From: Kiritimatiellia bacterium | GTDB taxonomy: Bacteria > Verrucomicrobiota > Kiritimatiellia > RFP12 > UBA1067 | Direction of reading: 5' to 3' | Length of the DNA stretch: 59,664 bases | Assembly (NCBI GenBank): GCA_016284515.1 | Contig: JAEEOY010000088.1 | Span: 1 to 59,664 of the forward strand | In this document: piece by piece, positions 35,041 to 44,292 of the stretch | Layout: every line of letters begins with the position of its first letter | Position numbering within the stretch: the stretch's first letter is position 1 | Translations under genes and position numbers: made by a program | The notes under the pieces: model-generated | What the model saw: only the letters and a program-made list of their open reading frames with translations | Database searches by the model: none | Told to the model about the DNA's origin: nothing

Positions 35041-35092
35041 TCGATAGTCGTTTCAACTTCAACCTTCAACCTTAAAACCTTCAACCTTCAAC
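35025..35092 (+). repeat. Two adjacent 7-mer arrays (AGTCGTT x4; TCAACCT-type x6)
   Basis: Read directly; spans the stop of the upstream gene and ends 5 nt before pyrK. Confidence 0.9.
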
Positions 35093-35097
35093 GGACC

Positions 35098-35889
35098 ATG
35101 ACAAACGAAAAATGCAGAGTCGTTTCGCACCGTGAAATCGGCAGCGGATACCGCTACATCGAGTTCGAGGCGCCGGCGATAGCCGCGGACGCGACTCCTG
35201 GACAGTTCGTGCACGTGCGCGTTCCGTCGCTTGAGAAGAGTGCGCTGCGGCGTCCGTTCTCGATTTTCAACGCAGAAGGGGATAGGCTTGAGCTTCTCTA
35301 CAAGACAGTTGGACGCGGCACGGCGGCGCTGAACGAAGTGAAGCCGGGCGACGAAGTCGAGGTGATGGGTCCGCTCGGACACGGCTTCCCGCTCAAGTGC
35401 GCGGGCGAGGCGCTGCTCGTAGGCGGCGGATACGGCGTAGCGCCGCTCTACTTCCTCGCCAGGCGGCTTCTTGCGTCAGGCGTCCAGACCATTCCCGCCA
35501 TCCATCTTTTCGTCGGCGGGCGCACGAAGAACGACCTCCTCGCGCTGGACCGTTTCGAGGCGCTGGGCGGGGTGAAAATCCATCTCGCCACGAACGACGG
35601 CAGCGCGGGCGCGAAGGGGCTTGTCACCGATCCGCTGGACGACGAACTCATACGCCTGCGTGGAGAGGGCGGGAAGTTCGAGCTCTTTGCGTGCGGACCG
35701 GATCCGATGCTCAAGGCCGTGGCGCTGCGCGCAACGGGAACCGGCTCCAAGGGATGGATTTCGATGGACCGCCACATGGTCTGCGGCGTCGGCGCGTGCT
35801 ACGCCTGCATCCAGAAGACGGTGCGCGGCAACTCCCGCTGCTGCATAGAAGGCCCCGTCTTCTCCGCCGCAGACCTCGTCTGGCAGTGA
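35098..35889 (+). CDS. pyrK: Dihydroorotate dehydrogenase electron-transfer subunit
   Basis: PGQFVHV, RRPFSI, GPLGHGF, LVGGGYGVAPL, ACGPDPML, MVCGVGACYAC, CIEGPVF. Confidence 0.93.
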   Translation: MTNEKCRVVSHREIGSGYRYIEFEAPAIAADATPGQFVHVRVPSLEKSALRRPFSIFNAEGDRLELLYKTVGRGTAALNEVKPGDEVEVMGPLGHGFPLKCAGEALLVGGGYGVAPLYFLARRLLASGVQTIPAIHLFVGGRTKNDLLALDRFEALGGVKIHLATNDGSAGAKGLVTDPLDDELIRLRGEGGKFELFACGPDPMLKAVALRATGTGSKGWISMDRHMVCGVGACYACIQKTVRGNSRCCIEGPVFSAADLVWQ

Positions 35890-35946
35890 ATCTCCTCGCC
35901 GCGACGGTGCGTCGGTGTTAATGTGGCGCGGCGAAAAGCTTGTCAA

Positions 35947-36007
35947 GGAGACGCGGCATCCTGCCGCGTTGCAGTCTGGGAGTGACGCGGCTGGAAGCCG
36001 CGTCTCC
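35947..36007. repeat. Pair of inverted REP-like palindromes
   Basis: GGAGACGCGGCATCCTGCCGCGT and GACGCGGCTGGAAGCCGCGTCTCC. Confidence 0.85.
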
Positions 36008-36105
36008 ATGGAGGCCGGCGGCCGCGAAGTGGAGCAGGGGTGCGTCTCGCCTCGTCGGAAATATGGTAAAATATATGGGTAAGGAAGACTAGAAAGTTTC
36101 ATTTC

Positions 36106-39100
36106 ATGACCCAGACACCGGCACCAGAAGCATTTCTCCTCAAGTGGCGCGGCGACGTGCTTTCCGTGACGCTCAGGCTCGATGCGCCTCGCAAGGGGCG
36201 CGCGGCGTTCCGCACGAACATAGGCCACGCCCGCGTGAGGCGGCGCGAGATAATCGCCGAGACCGAGCGCGGCGAGACTCCGCTCGCCAAGGCCTGGACC
36301 GACATTCCCCTACCCGAGGTCTCGCCCGGGGTCTTCTCCGCCGACATAGAGCTTGACGAGGTCGGCATATTCTCCGGCAAGGCGTGCTTCTTCCCGGAGG
36401 GCTCCAACGTCCCCGAGTGGCCGCTGGGGCGCAACACGCACATAAAGGTCGAGAGCGCTGAGACGCGCGCCAACAACACGATATACACCGTCTTCCCGCG
36501 CCAGTTCGGATCCTTCCGCGAGGTTGCGAGAAGGCTTGACCTCATAATGGACCGGATGGGCTTCCGCATCGTGCAGACGCTCCCACCGTTTCCCGTTCCG
36601 ACGACATACGCCGTGATGGGCGAGTACGGCTGTCCGTTCGCAGCGACCGACTTCCTCACCGTCGACCCCGCAATGGCGGAGTTCGACGAGTTCACCACCC
36701 CGCTGGACCAGTTCCGCGAGCTCATCGACGCGGTGCATGCGCGGCACGGGCTCCTCCTCGTCGACCTTCCGGCGAACCACACGGGCTGGGCGTCGACGCT
36801 GCAGACGCACCATCCGGACTGGTTCCGGCGCGAGGCGGACGGGCGCTTCCACTCGCCCGGCGCGTGGGGCGTGAAGTGGGCGGACCTCGTCGAGCTTGAC
36901 TTCGACAGGCCGGGGCTCAGGGCCTACATGGCGGACGTATTCCTCTTCTGGTGCCGCAACGGAGTTGACGGGTTCCGCTGCGATGCGGGGTACATGATTC
37001 CGCTCAAGACGTGGGAGTACATCGTCGCGCGCGTCCGCGAGGAGTATCCCGACACCATCTTCATGCTCGAGGGCCTCGGCGGGGAGCTCAAGCTCACCGA
37101 CGACCTCCTTGCCGTCGCGAACCTCGACTGGGCCTACTCCGAGATTTTCCAGACCTACGACCGCGGCGCCTTCGAATGGTACCTCCCGAGCGCGATAGAG
37201 CGCAGCGAGAAGTTCGGCACGCTCGTCCACTTCGCGGAGACGCACGACAACGACCGCCTCGCGAAGAAGGGCGAGACGTACGCTCGGCTCAGGGTGCAGC
37301 TCGCGGCGCTCCTGTCGTGGCAGGGTGCGTGGGGAATCGCCAACGGCGTCGAGTGGTTCTGCACCGAGAAGATCGACGTGCACGGAAAGAACGACCTCGC
37401 GTGGGGCGCGAAGTCGAACATGGTAGACCTCATCGCGAAGCTCAACCACATCCTCGGGAAGGAGCCCACCTTCTCCGGCGAGAGCCGTCTCTCCGTCGTC
37501 ACGCGCGGAGAGGGCAACACGCTCGCCGTGGTGAGGAGATGCGGGGCGGACGGGGCGAACACCCCCTGGGCTCCTTCGTCGGAGCACCGTGTCCTGCTGC
37601 TCGCAAACCTCGACTGCGGGGCGCCTGCGATGATCGACTGGGACCGCGAGGCGTTTCCCTATGCCGAGGCGTTCGACCTTCTGTCGCAGCGCAAGGTGAA
37701 GACGTCCGGCCCAGTGCCGCTGAAGCCGGGCGAGGTGGTCTGCCTCGCGGCGAAGGCGGGCGCGGCGCAGCGCCGGGCGAACGCAATGCGGCGTTCGGCG
37801 GTCTGCCACGAGGCGCGCTTCCACTGGATGTTCCCGCGCGACCTGAAGCGCGTCGTCTGCGTGCCCGAAAACGAGTGGGTGGAGGTCTCCGCGGCGACGC
37901 ACTTCCGCGTGAGGCTCGTCGACCCAGAGACCGGCAAGACGCTGCGCGTGTACCGCTCGCATCCCGACGGCGCGCGCCATGTCGCGATGTTCGACGCGCC
38001 GCACTACAAGGGCGACGGAACGCACTGCCGCAGGCTCGAGATCGCGATGATCGTCTACGCGGACGGCAAGGCGACGCGCACGCGCGCGGAGTTCCTCATT
38101 CCGCCGCCCGGCAACGTCGCGGCGGCGAAGCTTTCGATGACGGGCGACGAGGTGAGGCGCCATCCGGAGTACAGGACCGTCCTTTCCAACGGCGCCGGCG
38201 CGGCGTCGCAGGTGCGGATCGGATGGGGCTCCGTCGCGAGCCAGTACGACGCTCTGCTCGCCGCGAACACGAATCCGAACGTGCCGTCCGACAGGCTCAA
38301 CGTCTGGACGCGCACGCGCTGCTGGCTCCAGCGCGAGGGATACCTGCGCGAGCTGGACGCGAAGTGCGTGACGTCGTTCACGGCGGACCCCGCGGGGCGC
38401 GGCGCGCGGTGGGACTTCCTCGTTCCGTGCGGCATGGGGCACTCCGCGTCGTTCTCCTTCGTGCTGTCGCTCGCGGACGGACGCAACGCGGCGCGGCTTC
38501 TCGTGACGCGCTACGAGCGCGGCGAGAGCGATGTCGGCGACCAGGTGCGGCTGGTGTTCCGTCCGGACATAGAGTGGCGGAGCTTCCATTCCACGACGAA
38601 GGCGTATGCGGGGCTCGAGGATCTCTTCCCGAAGAAGTCCGTTCCGACGGAGGATGGATTCGTCTTCTCGCCGTACGACGGCGAGTTCAGGATGTCCGTC
38701 TCGAACGGCGTCTACCACCACGAGCCGCAGTGGACGTACAGCGTCCCGCATCCGGAGGAGGAGGCGCGCGGGCAGGACGGGTCGGGCGATCTGTACAGTC
38801 CGGGATGGATCTCCGCCGACCTCAAGTGCGGCGAGAGCGTCGGGATCGTTGGCGCCGTGGGCGACGCGGCGGAGGGCGCGCACTGGGGCGCGGAGCAGTT
38901 CTCGGCCGTCGCGTCGGCGTCGGTCCCGGACGTCCTCAGGAACTCCATCGACCTCTTCATCGTGAAGCGCGACGACCTCAAGACCGTCATCGCCGGATAC
39001 CCGTGGTTCCTCGACTGGGGGCGCGACACGTTCATCTTCATGCGCGGCATGATCGCCGCGGGGAAGATCGCGGACTCCGTGCGCATCCTCAAGGCGTTCG

Positions 39101-39999
39101 CCGCGTTCGAGGAGAACGGGACTCTGCCGAACATCATATACGGCGACAAGGCCGGGAACCGCGACACGACGGACGCGCAGCTGTGGTTCATCCGCTGCGT
39201 GCAGGAGCTCGACGGCAAGATCGGCGCCAACTTCGCTCCGCTGAAGGCGACGTGCGAGTCGATCGTGGACAACTACATCAAGGGGACGCCGAACGGAATC
39301 AAGATGGATGCCGAGAGCGCGCTCGTGTGGTCTCCCTCGCACTTCACGTGGATGGACACGAACTATCCCGCGTGCACTCCGCGCGAGGGGTATCCGGTCG
39401 AGATACAGGCGCTGTGGATATCGGCGCTGCGCTTCCTCGGACGGACCGAGCTCGCCGAGAAGGCGCTCGCGAGCGTGCGCAGGCTCTTCAAGCGCGACGA
39501 CGGACGCGGATACTACGACTGCCTCGCGGCGCCGAAGGACATCGGCGCGGCGGATGCGACGCCGGAGGACACGGTGCGTCCGAACCAGCTGTTCCTGCTG
39601 ACTCTCGGCATACTCGACGACAGGTCGATCCTCTCCGCGACCGAGGAGCTCCTCGTTCCGGGCGGAATGCGTTCGCTCGACGCGGGGAACGAACTCTACC
39701 GCGGCACATATGCCGGCGACGAAGACACGAGCCGCAAGCCGGCGTATCACAACGGAACCGTCTGGGGCTGGGTCTTCCCGCTCTACGCAGAGGCGCTCGC
39801 GAAGACCGGGGCGTGTCCGCGCGAGACCGCGCTCTCGCTCCTCGCGTCGTCCGTCGAGAACCTCAACGCGGGGTGCCTCTGCCACGCGAGCGAGAACGCC
39901 GACGGAGACGCTCCGCATGCGCAGAAGGGCTGCACGGCGCAGGCGTGGAGCGAGTCGGAGCTGCTGCGCGTCTGGCTCGGACTTTCAGCGGCTAAATAG
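36106..39999 (+). CDS. Bifunctional glycogen debranching enzyme (GH13-like glucanotransferase + amylo-alpha-1,6-glucosidase)
   Basis: GH13 GFRCDAG, MLEGLG, AETHDN; C-terminal IAGYPWFLDWGRDT, WMDT, TPREGYPVEIQALW, RPNQL, YHNGTVW, QAWS. Confidence 0.92.
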   Translation: MTQTPAPEAFLLKWRGDVLSVTLRLDAPRKGRAAFRTNIGHARVRRREIIAETERGETPLAKAWTDIPLPEVSPGVFSADIELDEVGIFSGKACFFPEGSNVPEWPLGRNTHIKVESAETRANNTIYTVFPRQFGSFREVARRLDLIMDRMGFRIVQTLPPFPVPTTYAVMGEYGCPFAATDFLTVDPAMAEFDEFTTPLDQFRELIDAVHARHGLLLVDLPANHTGWASTLQTHHPDWFRREADGRFHSPGAWGVKWADLVELDFDRPGLRAYMADVFLFWCRNGVDGFRCDAGYMIPLKTWEYIVARVREEYPDTIFMLEGLGGELKLTDDLLAVANLDWAYSEIFQTYDRGAFEWYLPSAIERSEKFGTLVHFAETHDNDRLAKKGETYARLRVQLAALLSWQGAWGIANGVEWFCTEKIDVHGKNDLAWGAKSNMVDLIAKLNHILGKEPTFSGESRLSVVTRGEGNTLAVVRRCGADGANTPWAPSSEHRVLLLANLDCGAPAMIDWDREAFPYAEAFDLLSQRKVKTSGPVPLKPGEVVCLAAKAGAAQRRANAMRRSAVCHEARFHWMFPRDLKRVVCVPENEWVEVSAATHFRVRLVDPETGKTLRVYRSHPDGARHVAMFDAPHYKGDGTHCRRLEIAMIVYADGKATRTRAEFLIPPPGNVAAAKLSMTGDEVRRHPEYRTVLSNGAGAASQVRIGWGSVASQYDALLAANTNPNVPSDRLNVWTRTRCWLQREGYLRELDAKCVTSFTADPAGRGARWDFLVPCGMGHSASFSFVLSLADGRNAARLLVTRYERGESDVGDQVRLVFRPDIEWRSFHSTTKAYAGLEDLFPKKSVPTEDGFVFSPYDGEFRMSVSNGVYHHEPQWTYSVPHPEEEARGQDGSGDLYSPGWISADLKCGESVGIVGAVGDAAEGAHWGAEQFSAVASASVPDVLRNSIDLFIVKRDDLKTVIAGYPWFLDWGRDTFIFMRGMIAAGKIADSVRILKAFAAFEENGTLPNIIYGDKAGNRDTTDAQLWFIRCVQELDGKIGANFAPLKATCESIVDNYIKGTPNGIKMDAESALVWSPSHFTWMDTNYPACTPREGYPVEIQALWISALRFLGRTELAEKALASVRRLFKRDDGRGYYDCLAAPKDIGAADATPEDTVRPNQLFLLTLGILDDRSILSATEELLVPGGMRSLDAGNELYRGTYAGDEDTSRKPAYHNGTVWGWVFPLYAEALAKTGACPRETALSLLASSVENLNAGCLCHASENADGDAPHAQKGCTAQAWSESELLRVWLGLSAAK

Positions 40000-40011
40000 G
40001 GGGAGTCCGTC

Positions 40012-42942
40012 ATGAAGACGAACATCCTCATCGAGGCGTCCGCCGGAACCGGGAAGACGCAGGCGCTCGCCGAGCGGCTCATCGAGCTCGCGAAGGGCGG
40101 GGTCGAGCCGAGCGAGATCGTCGCGCTGACGTTCTCGCGCGCGGCGGCGGGGGAGATATTCGAGCGCTTCGTCTCGCTCCTCGCAAAGAAGGCGAAGGAC
40201 GATCCGTCCTGCGTGGCGCTGCTCCGCAAGGTGATCGCCTCTCAGCACCTCTCCCAGATCGGCACCCTCGACAGCTTCCTCATGCGCGTGGTGCGCATGT
40301 TCCCCCTGGAGCTCGGGCTGGAGGGGAAGGCCGAGATAATGGACGAGTACCGCGAAAAGCAGGAGCTCGCGCGCGTTTCGTTCGGCATTCTGCGCCGCAC
40401 GGACGCGCAGACGCGGCGTGCGTTCGCGGACGCCTTTGCGCTGGCGATGAACGGGGAGGACGTGCGGAGCTTCGTGGATTCCTACCGCAAGTTCATAGGC
40501 GCGTGGCACAGGCTGCTGCTGGAGCATCCGGAGCGCTCCGCGTGGGGCGACCCCTCCGCGATATGGGGCGGCGACACGTCCTGGACGGAGACGGACGAGG
40601 CGGGGCTCTCGCGGCTCGCGGACGCGCTGGAGGGGCTCTGCGACGAAAAGTCGTGGCCGCTCTTCGCCGAGTGGGTGAGGGACTTCCGCGGAAGCTTCAC
40701 CGGCGTCAAGGGCTTCGCCAAGAAGTTCTTCGAGATGGGTCCCGAGGTGTTCGCACATGCGACGCTGGACGTGAAGTTCGGCAGGAAGACGTACACCTTC
40801 GCCGGCTCCGCCGCGAAGGCCGTGAGGGACGCGCTGCGCGGAGTGTGCGGCTATGCCGTCGGACGCAAGCTCGCGCTCGCGCGCGGCGTCTACGCGCTGA
40901 TGTCCCAGTACGAGGCGGAGTACGCGTCGCGCGTGCGCGGCGCGGGGAAGCTCGTTTTCGACGACGTGCCGAGGCTTCTCGCGAACCTGCCGGACGACGT
41001 CCGCCTCGCGCTGGAGTTCCGCCTCGACGCGAAGATAACGGGCTGGGCGCTCGACGAGTTCCAGGACACGAGCCGCGGACAGTGGCGCGCGATAGGTCCG
41101 CTCGTCGCGGAGGCGCGCCAGTCCGCCGGAGAGCGCAGCGTCTTCATCGTCGGCGACAGGAAGCAGGCCATCTACGGATGGCGCGAGGGCGATGTCGGGA
41201 TCTTCAAGGCGGAGAAGGACAGCGGAGAGTACGAGGTGATTCCGAAGGACCTCACCTACCGCTCCTCGCCGCCCATAGTCGACGCGGTGAACGCCGTGTT
41301 CGTCGACGGACGGCTGCGGCAGCTTTTCCCGCGCTGGGAGGCGAAAAGTCACGAATCCTACAACAAGGACTGGCCGGGATACGTCCAGGTCGTGGATGCG
41401 CCCGGAAGGGGCGTCGAGTCGTTCTTCGAGCCGATACGCGCTGCGCTCGCCGCGGTCGATCCGGTCGGGCGCGGCATATCCGCCGCGGTGCTTGTGAGGG
41501 GCAACGGAGACGGCGAGGCGATAGCGGCGTACCTGAAGAGCAAGGGAGTGGTCGGAGTCGTCTGGGAGGGCGAGAGCGCCATACTCGACACGCCCGCGCT
41601 GCAGGGGTTCATAGACCTCGTCAGGCTAGCGGACCATCCCGGCTACACGCAGCCGTACCGGCATTTCGCGTCCACTCCCCTCGCGAAGGCGATGTACCCC
41701 GACGGAGTGCCGAGCGCGTCCGACGTGTCTCAGCGCGCGGCGCGCGACTTCACGACGAAGGGCCTTGTGCGCGCGTTCCGCGAGATGCGGGCGCTTCTTC
41801 CCGAGGATCCGTCCGAGGCGTGGAGCGCGTTCACCGAGGGACGCTTCACGGACATGCTGCGCGCGGCGGCGGAGTTCGACATGGGGCTCGAGCCGGGAAC
41901 GCGTCTGTCGGATTTCCCGGAGTTCCTCGCGGCGAAGAAGAAGCGGAACCTCGCCGAGCCGGGGAAGGTGCGCATAATGACGATCCACCGCTCGAAGGGA
42001 CTTGGATTCGACTACGTGGTGCTTCCGCTGTGCGAGCCGTTCTCGCTCAACGCGGGCTCGGACCGTCCGCTGGTGACCGACGGATGGGTGGTGCCGAATC
42101 CGGGCGCGAGCGTCGCGCGCATGGTGCCGGGGCTTTCGGACGCGCTGGCGGACCGCCAGGAGCGCGCCGAGGAGGAGGCGCTTTGCGTGTACTACGTCGC
42201 GATGACGCGCGCGAAGTTCGCCATGACCGTCATCACGCGTCCTGCGGCGAAGTCCGGCTCCTCCGTCTACATGTCCGATCTTGTCCGCGAGGCGGTTCCG
42301 GAGCCGATTGGGGATCCGCAGTGGTATCTGCATCTTCCCGAGTTCGATCGGGACAAGCCTTCCGCGGCGCATGCGCCGCGCGCGTTCAAGCGCGGGGCGC
42401 GCACGGAGGTGCGGCGGCGGTTGCCGTCCATGTCGCTCCGCTCCGGGATGTCGGCGGGCGAGCTGTTCGCGGATGTGCGTCCGCGGCGCGAGGCGATGAA
42501 GGCGGGAACGGAGGCGCACGCGCGCTACGAGGCGGTAGGATGGATCGACCCCTCCGCGCCGAAGGACGATTTTGAGCGGCGGATACTCGAGTGCGGTTGG
42601 GACGAGGCGTTCGTGAAGGGCGCGGACGCGGCGGCGCTGTGGCGCGAGCGCAGCTACGAGCTGCTCGTCGGCGGGAGGTGGGAGTCGGGGACTCTCGACC
42701 GCGTCGTTTTCCGCGGCGAAGGCGCCGCGCGCAGCGCGTGCGTGTACGACTTCAAGACGAACGCGAAGCGCAGGGACGAGTCGGACGCGGAATTCGAGCG
42801 GCGCATGGCGGAAGCCTACGGCGGGCAGATGGCGGCGTACAGGGCGGCTGTCTCCTCGCTGACGGGGATTCCCCTCGAGAGGGTCCGCGCCGTGCTGCTC
42901 CTGGCCGCGACAGGCGCGAAGGTCGCGGCTGGCCAGCCGTGA
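40012..42942 (+). CDS. addA: UvrD-like helicase/nuclease (AddA/RecB type)
   Basis: ASAGTGKT, LDEFQDTS, VGDRKQAIYGWR, MTIHRSKGL, YVAMTRAK; C-terminal nuclease GTLDRV...DFKT...QMAAY. Confidence 0.88.
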   Translation: MKTNILIEASAGTGKTQALAERLIELAKGGVEPSEIVALTFSRAAAGEIFERFVSLLAKKAKDDPSCVALLRKVIASQHLSQIGTLDSFLMRVVRMFPLELGLEGKAEIMDEYREKQELARVSFGILRRTDAQTRRAFADAFALAMNGEDVRSFVDSYRKFIGAWHRLLLEHPERSAWGDPSAIWGGDTSWTETDEAGLSRLADALEGLCDEKSWPLFAEWVRDFRGSFTGVKGFAKKFFEMGPEVFAHATLDVKFGRKTYTFAGSAAKAVRDALRGVCGYAVGRKLALARGVYALMSQYEAEYASRVRGAGKLVFDDVPRLLANLPDDVRLALEFRLDAKITGWALDEFQDTSRGQWRAIGPLVAEARQSAGERSVFIVGDRKQAIYGWREGDVGIFKAEKDSGEYEVIPKDLTYRSSPPIVDAVNAVFVDGRLRQLFPRWEAKSHESYNKDWPGYVQVVDAPGRGVESFFEPIRAALAAVDPVGRGISAAVLVRGNGDGEAIAAYLKSKGVVGVVWEGESAILDTPALQGFIDLVRLADHPGYTQPYRHFASTPLAKAMYPDGVPSASDVSQRAARDFTTKGLVRAFREMRALLPEDPSEAWSAFTEGRFTDMLRAAAEFDMGLEPGTRLSDFPEFLAAKKKRNLAEPGKVRIMTIHRSKGLGFDYVVLPLCEPFSLNAGSDRPLVTDGWVVPNPGASVARMVPGLSDALADRQERAEEEALCVYYVAMTRAKFAMTVITRPAAKSGSSVYMSDLVREAVPEPIGDPQWYLHLPEFDRDKPSAAHAPRAFKRGARTEVRRRLPSMSLRSGMSAGELFADVRPRREAMKAGTEAHARYEAVGWIDPSAPKDDFERRILECGWDEAFVKGADAAALWRERSYELLVGGRWESGTLDRVVFRGEGAARSACVYDFKTNAKRRDESDAEFERRMAEAYGGQMAAYRAAVSSLTGIPLERVRAVLLLAATGAKVAAGQP

Positions 42943-42963
42943 CGGGGCGGGGGGGCTTGCGTC

Positions 42964-44214
42964 ATGTACGGGCTTGTCGACGGCAACAACTTCTTCGTGA
43001 GCTGCGAACGGGTGTTCGACCGTTCGCTCGTGGGGCGTCCCGTGGCCGTGCTGTCGAACAACGACGGATGCTGTGTCGCGCGTTCCAACGAGTTCAAGGC
43101 GCTTGGCATTGCGATGGGGACGCCGTACTTCCAGCTCAAGGACAGGGAGCGCACCGGCGAGCTGTCGTTCCGTTCGTCAAACTACGAACTTTACGGGGAC
43201 ATGTCGAGGCGGATCATCTCGATTCTGCGCGAAGAGGCGCTTGATGTCGAGCAGTACTCGATAGACGAGGCGTTCATACGTCCGCCGGCACTCCCCGGTC
43301 CGGAACTCCTTGAATACGGAAAGCGCTTGAGGGCCAGGATATTGCGGTGGGTGGGAATTCCGTGCGGTGTTGGCTTCGCGCCCACCAAGACGCTTGCGAA
43401 GATCGCGAACCACATCGCAAAGAAGAGACCGGACGGCGTGTTCGAGCTTCCTGCGGATCCGACGGAGACGCTTGCGTCGCTTCCGGCGGGCGAGGTGTGG
43501 GGCGTCGGGCGCAGGCTGCCGGCGAAGCTGCGCGCGGAGCGCATACTGACGGCGAAGGACCTGCGCGACGCACCAGACGACGTCGTGAGGTCCGTCGGCG
43601 GCGTCACGCTCCTCAGGACGGCGATGGAGCTCAGGGGGATCGCCTGCAGCGAGTCGCGCGCGTACGATGCGGATCCGGACTCCGTGTCCTGTTCGCGGTC
43701 GTTCGGCACGCCGGTGTCGGACGTCGAGGGGCTGGAGGAGTCGCTCGCGTCTTTTGCCGCGCAGGCGGCCGCTAAGCTTCGCCGACACTCGCTCCTCGCC
43801 ACGGGGTGCAACATGTATGCCCAGATTTTTGCCTCTGGCGGAGGAGGGGACGTCCTTGCGCGCACGGTGGTGTTCGACGCGCCCACGGACGCGACAAACG
43901 AGATGCTGTCGGCGATGCGCCCGAACGTCCCCGCGCTGTTCGTTCCTGGGGTTCGGTACCGCAAGACGGGAGTCGTCTTCTTCGGACTCGAAAAGGCTGG
44001 ATCGGCTCGTCAGGGCGACCTTTTCGCGCTCCCCGCGGCGCCATCCGGGCGCTCGGCGCTGTACAGGGCGATAGACGACCTAAATGCGCGCTTCGGGCGC
44101 GGAAAGGTGTTTTCGGCGGCGGAAGGGATGGGGGACAGGCCCTGGAAGATGAAGCGATCGATGCTTTCCAGACGTGCCACGACCCGCTGGGACGAGCTTC
44201 TTTCGGTCCGTTGA
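42964..44214 (+). CDS. umuC: Y-family DNA polymerase (UmuC-like, C-terminal DUF4113-like tail)
   Basis: LVDGNNFFVSCE, VLSNNDGCCVARS, YSIDEAF, PTKTLAK, VWGVGR, WKMKR...TTRWDEL. Confidence 0.92.
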   Translation: MYGLVDGNNFFVSCERVFDRSLVGRPVAVLSNNDGCCVARSNEFKALGIAMGTPYFQLKDRERTGELSFRSSNYELYGDMSRRIISILREEALDVEQYSIDEAFIRPPALPGPELLEYGKRLRARILRWVGIPCGVGFAPTKTLAKIANHIAKKRPDGVFELPADPTETLASLPAGEVWGVGRRLPAKLRAERILTAKDLRDAPDDVVRSVGGVTLLRTAMELRGIACSESRAYDADPDSVSCSRSFGTPVSDVEGLEESLASFAAQAAAKLRRHSLLATGCNMYAQIFASGGGGDVLARTVVFDAPTDATNEMLSAMRPNVPALFVPGVRYRKTGVVFFGLEKAGSARQGDLFALPAAPSGRSALYRAIDDLNARFGRGKVFSAAEGMGDRPWKMKRSMLSRRATTRWDELLSVR

Positions 44215-44228
44215 CTGCCCCCGCCCTA

Positions 44229-44257
44229 TTGACTGGAGGCACATTTTTAGGTAAAAT
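44229..44257 (+). promoter_or_regulatory. Sigma70-type promoter of the permease-galK genes
   Basis: TTGACT-17 nt-TAAAAT. Confidence 0.7.
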
Positions 44258-44292
44258 TACCGCAATAACCCATAAAAGGAGTTTCAACAAAA

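Noticed and set aside
35098-35889. pyrK without an adjacent pyrD
   Set aside because: Split pyrK/pyrD loci are common, so this is not informative from one window.
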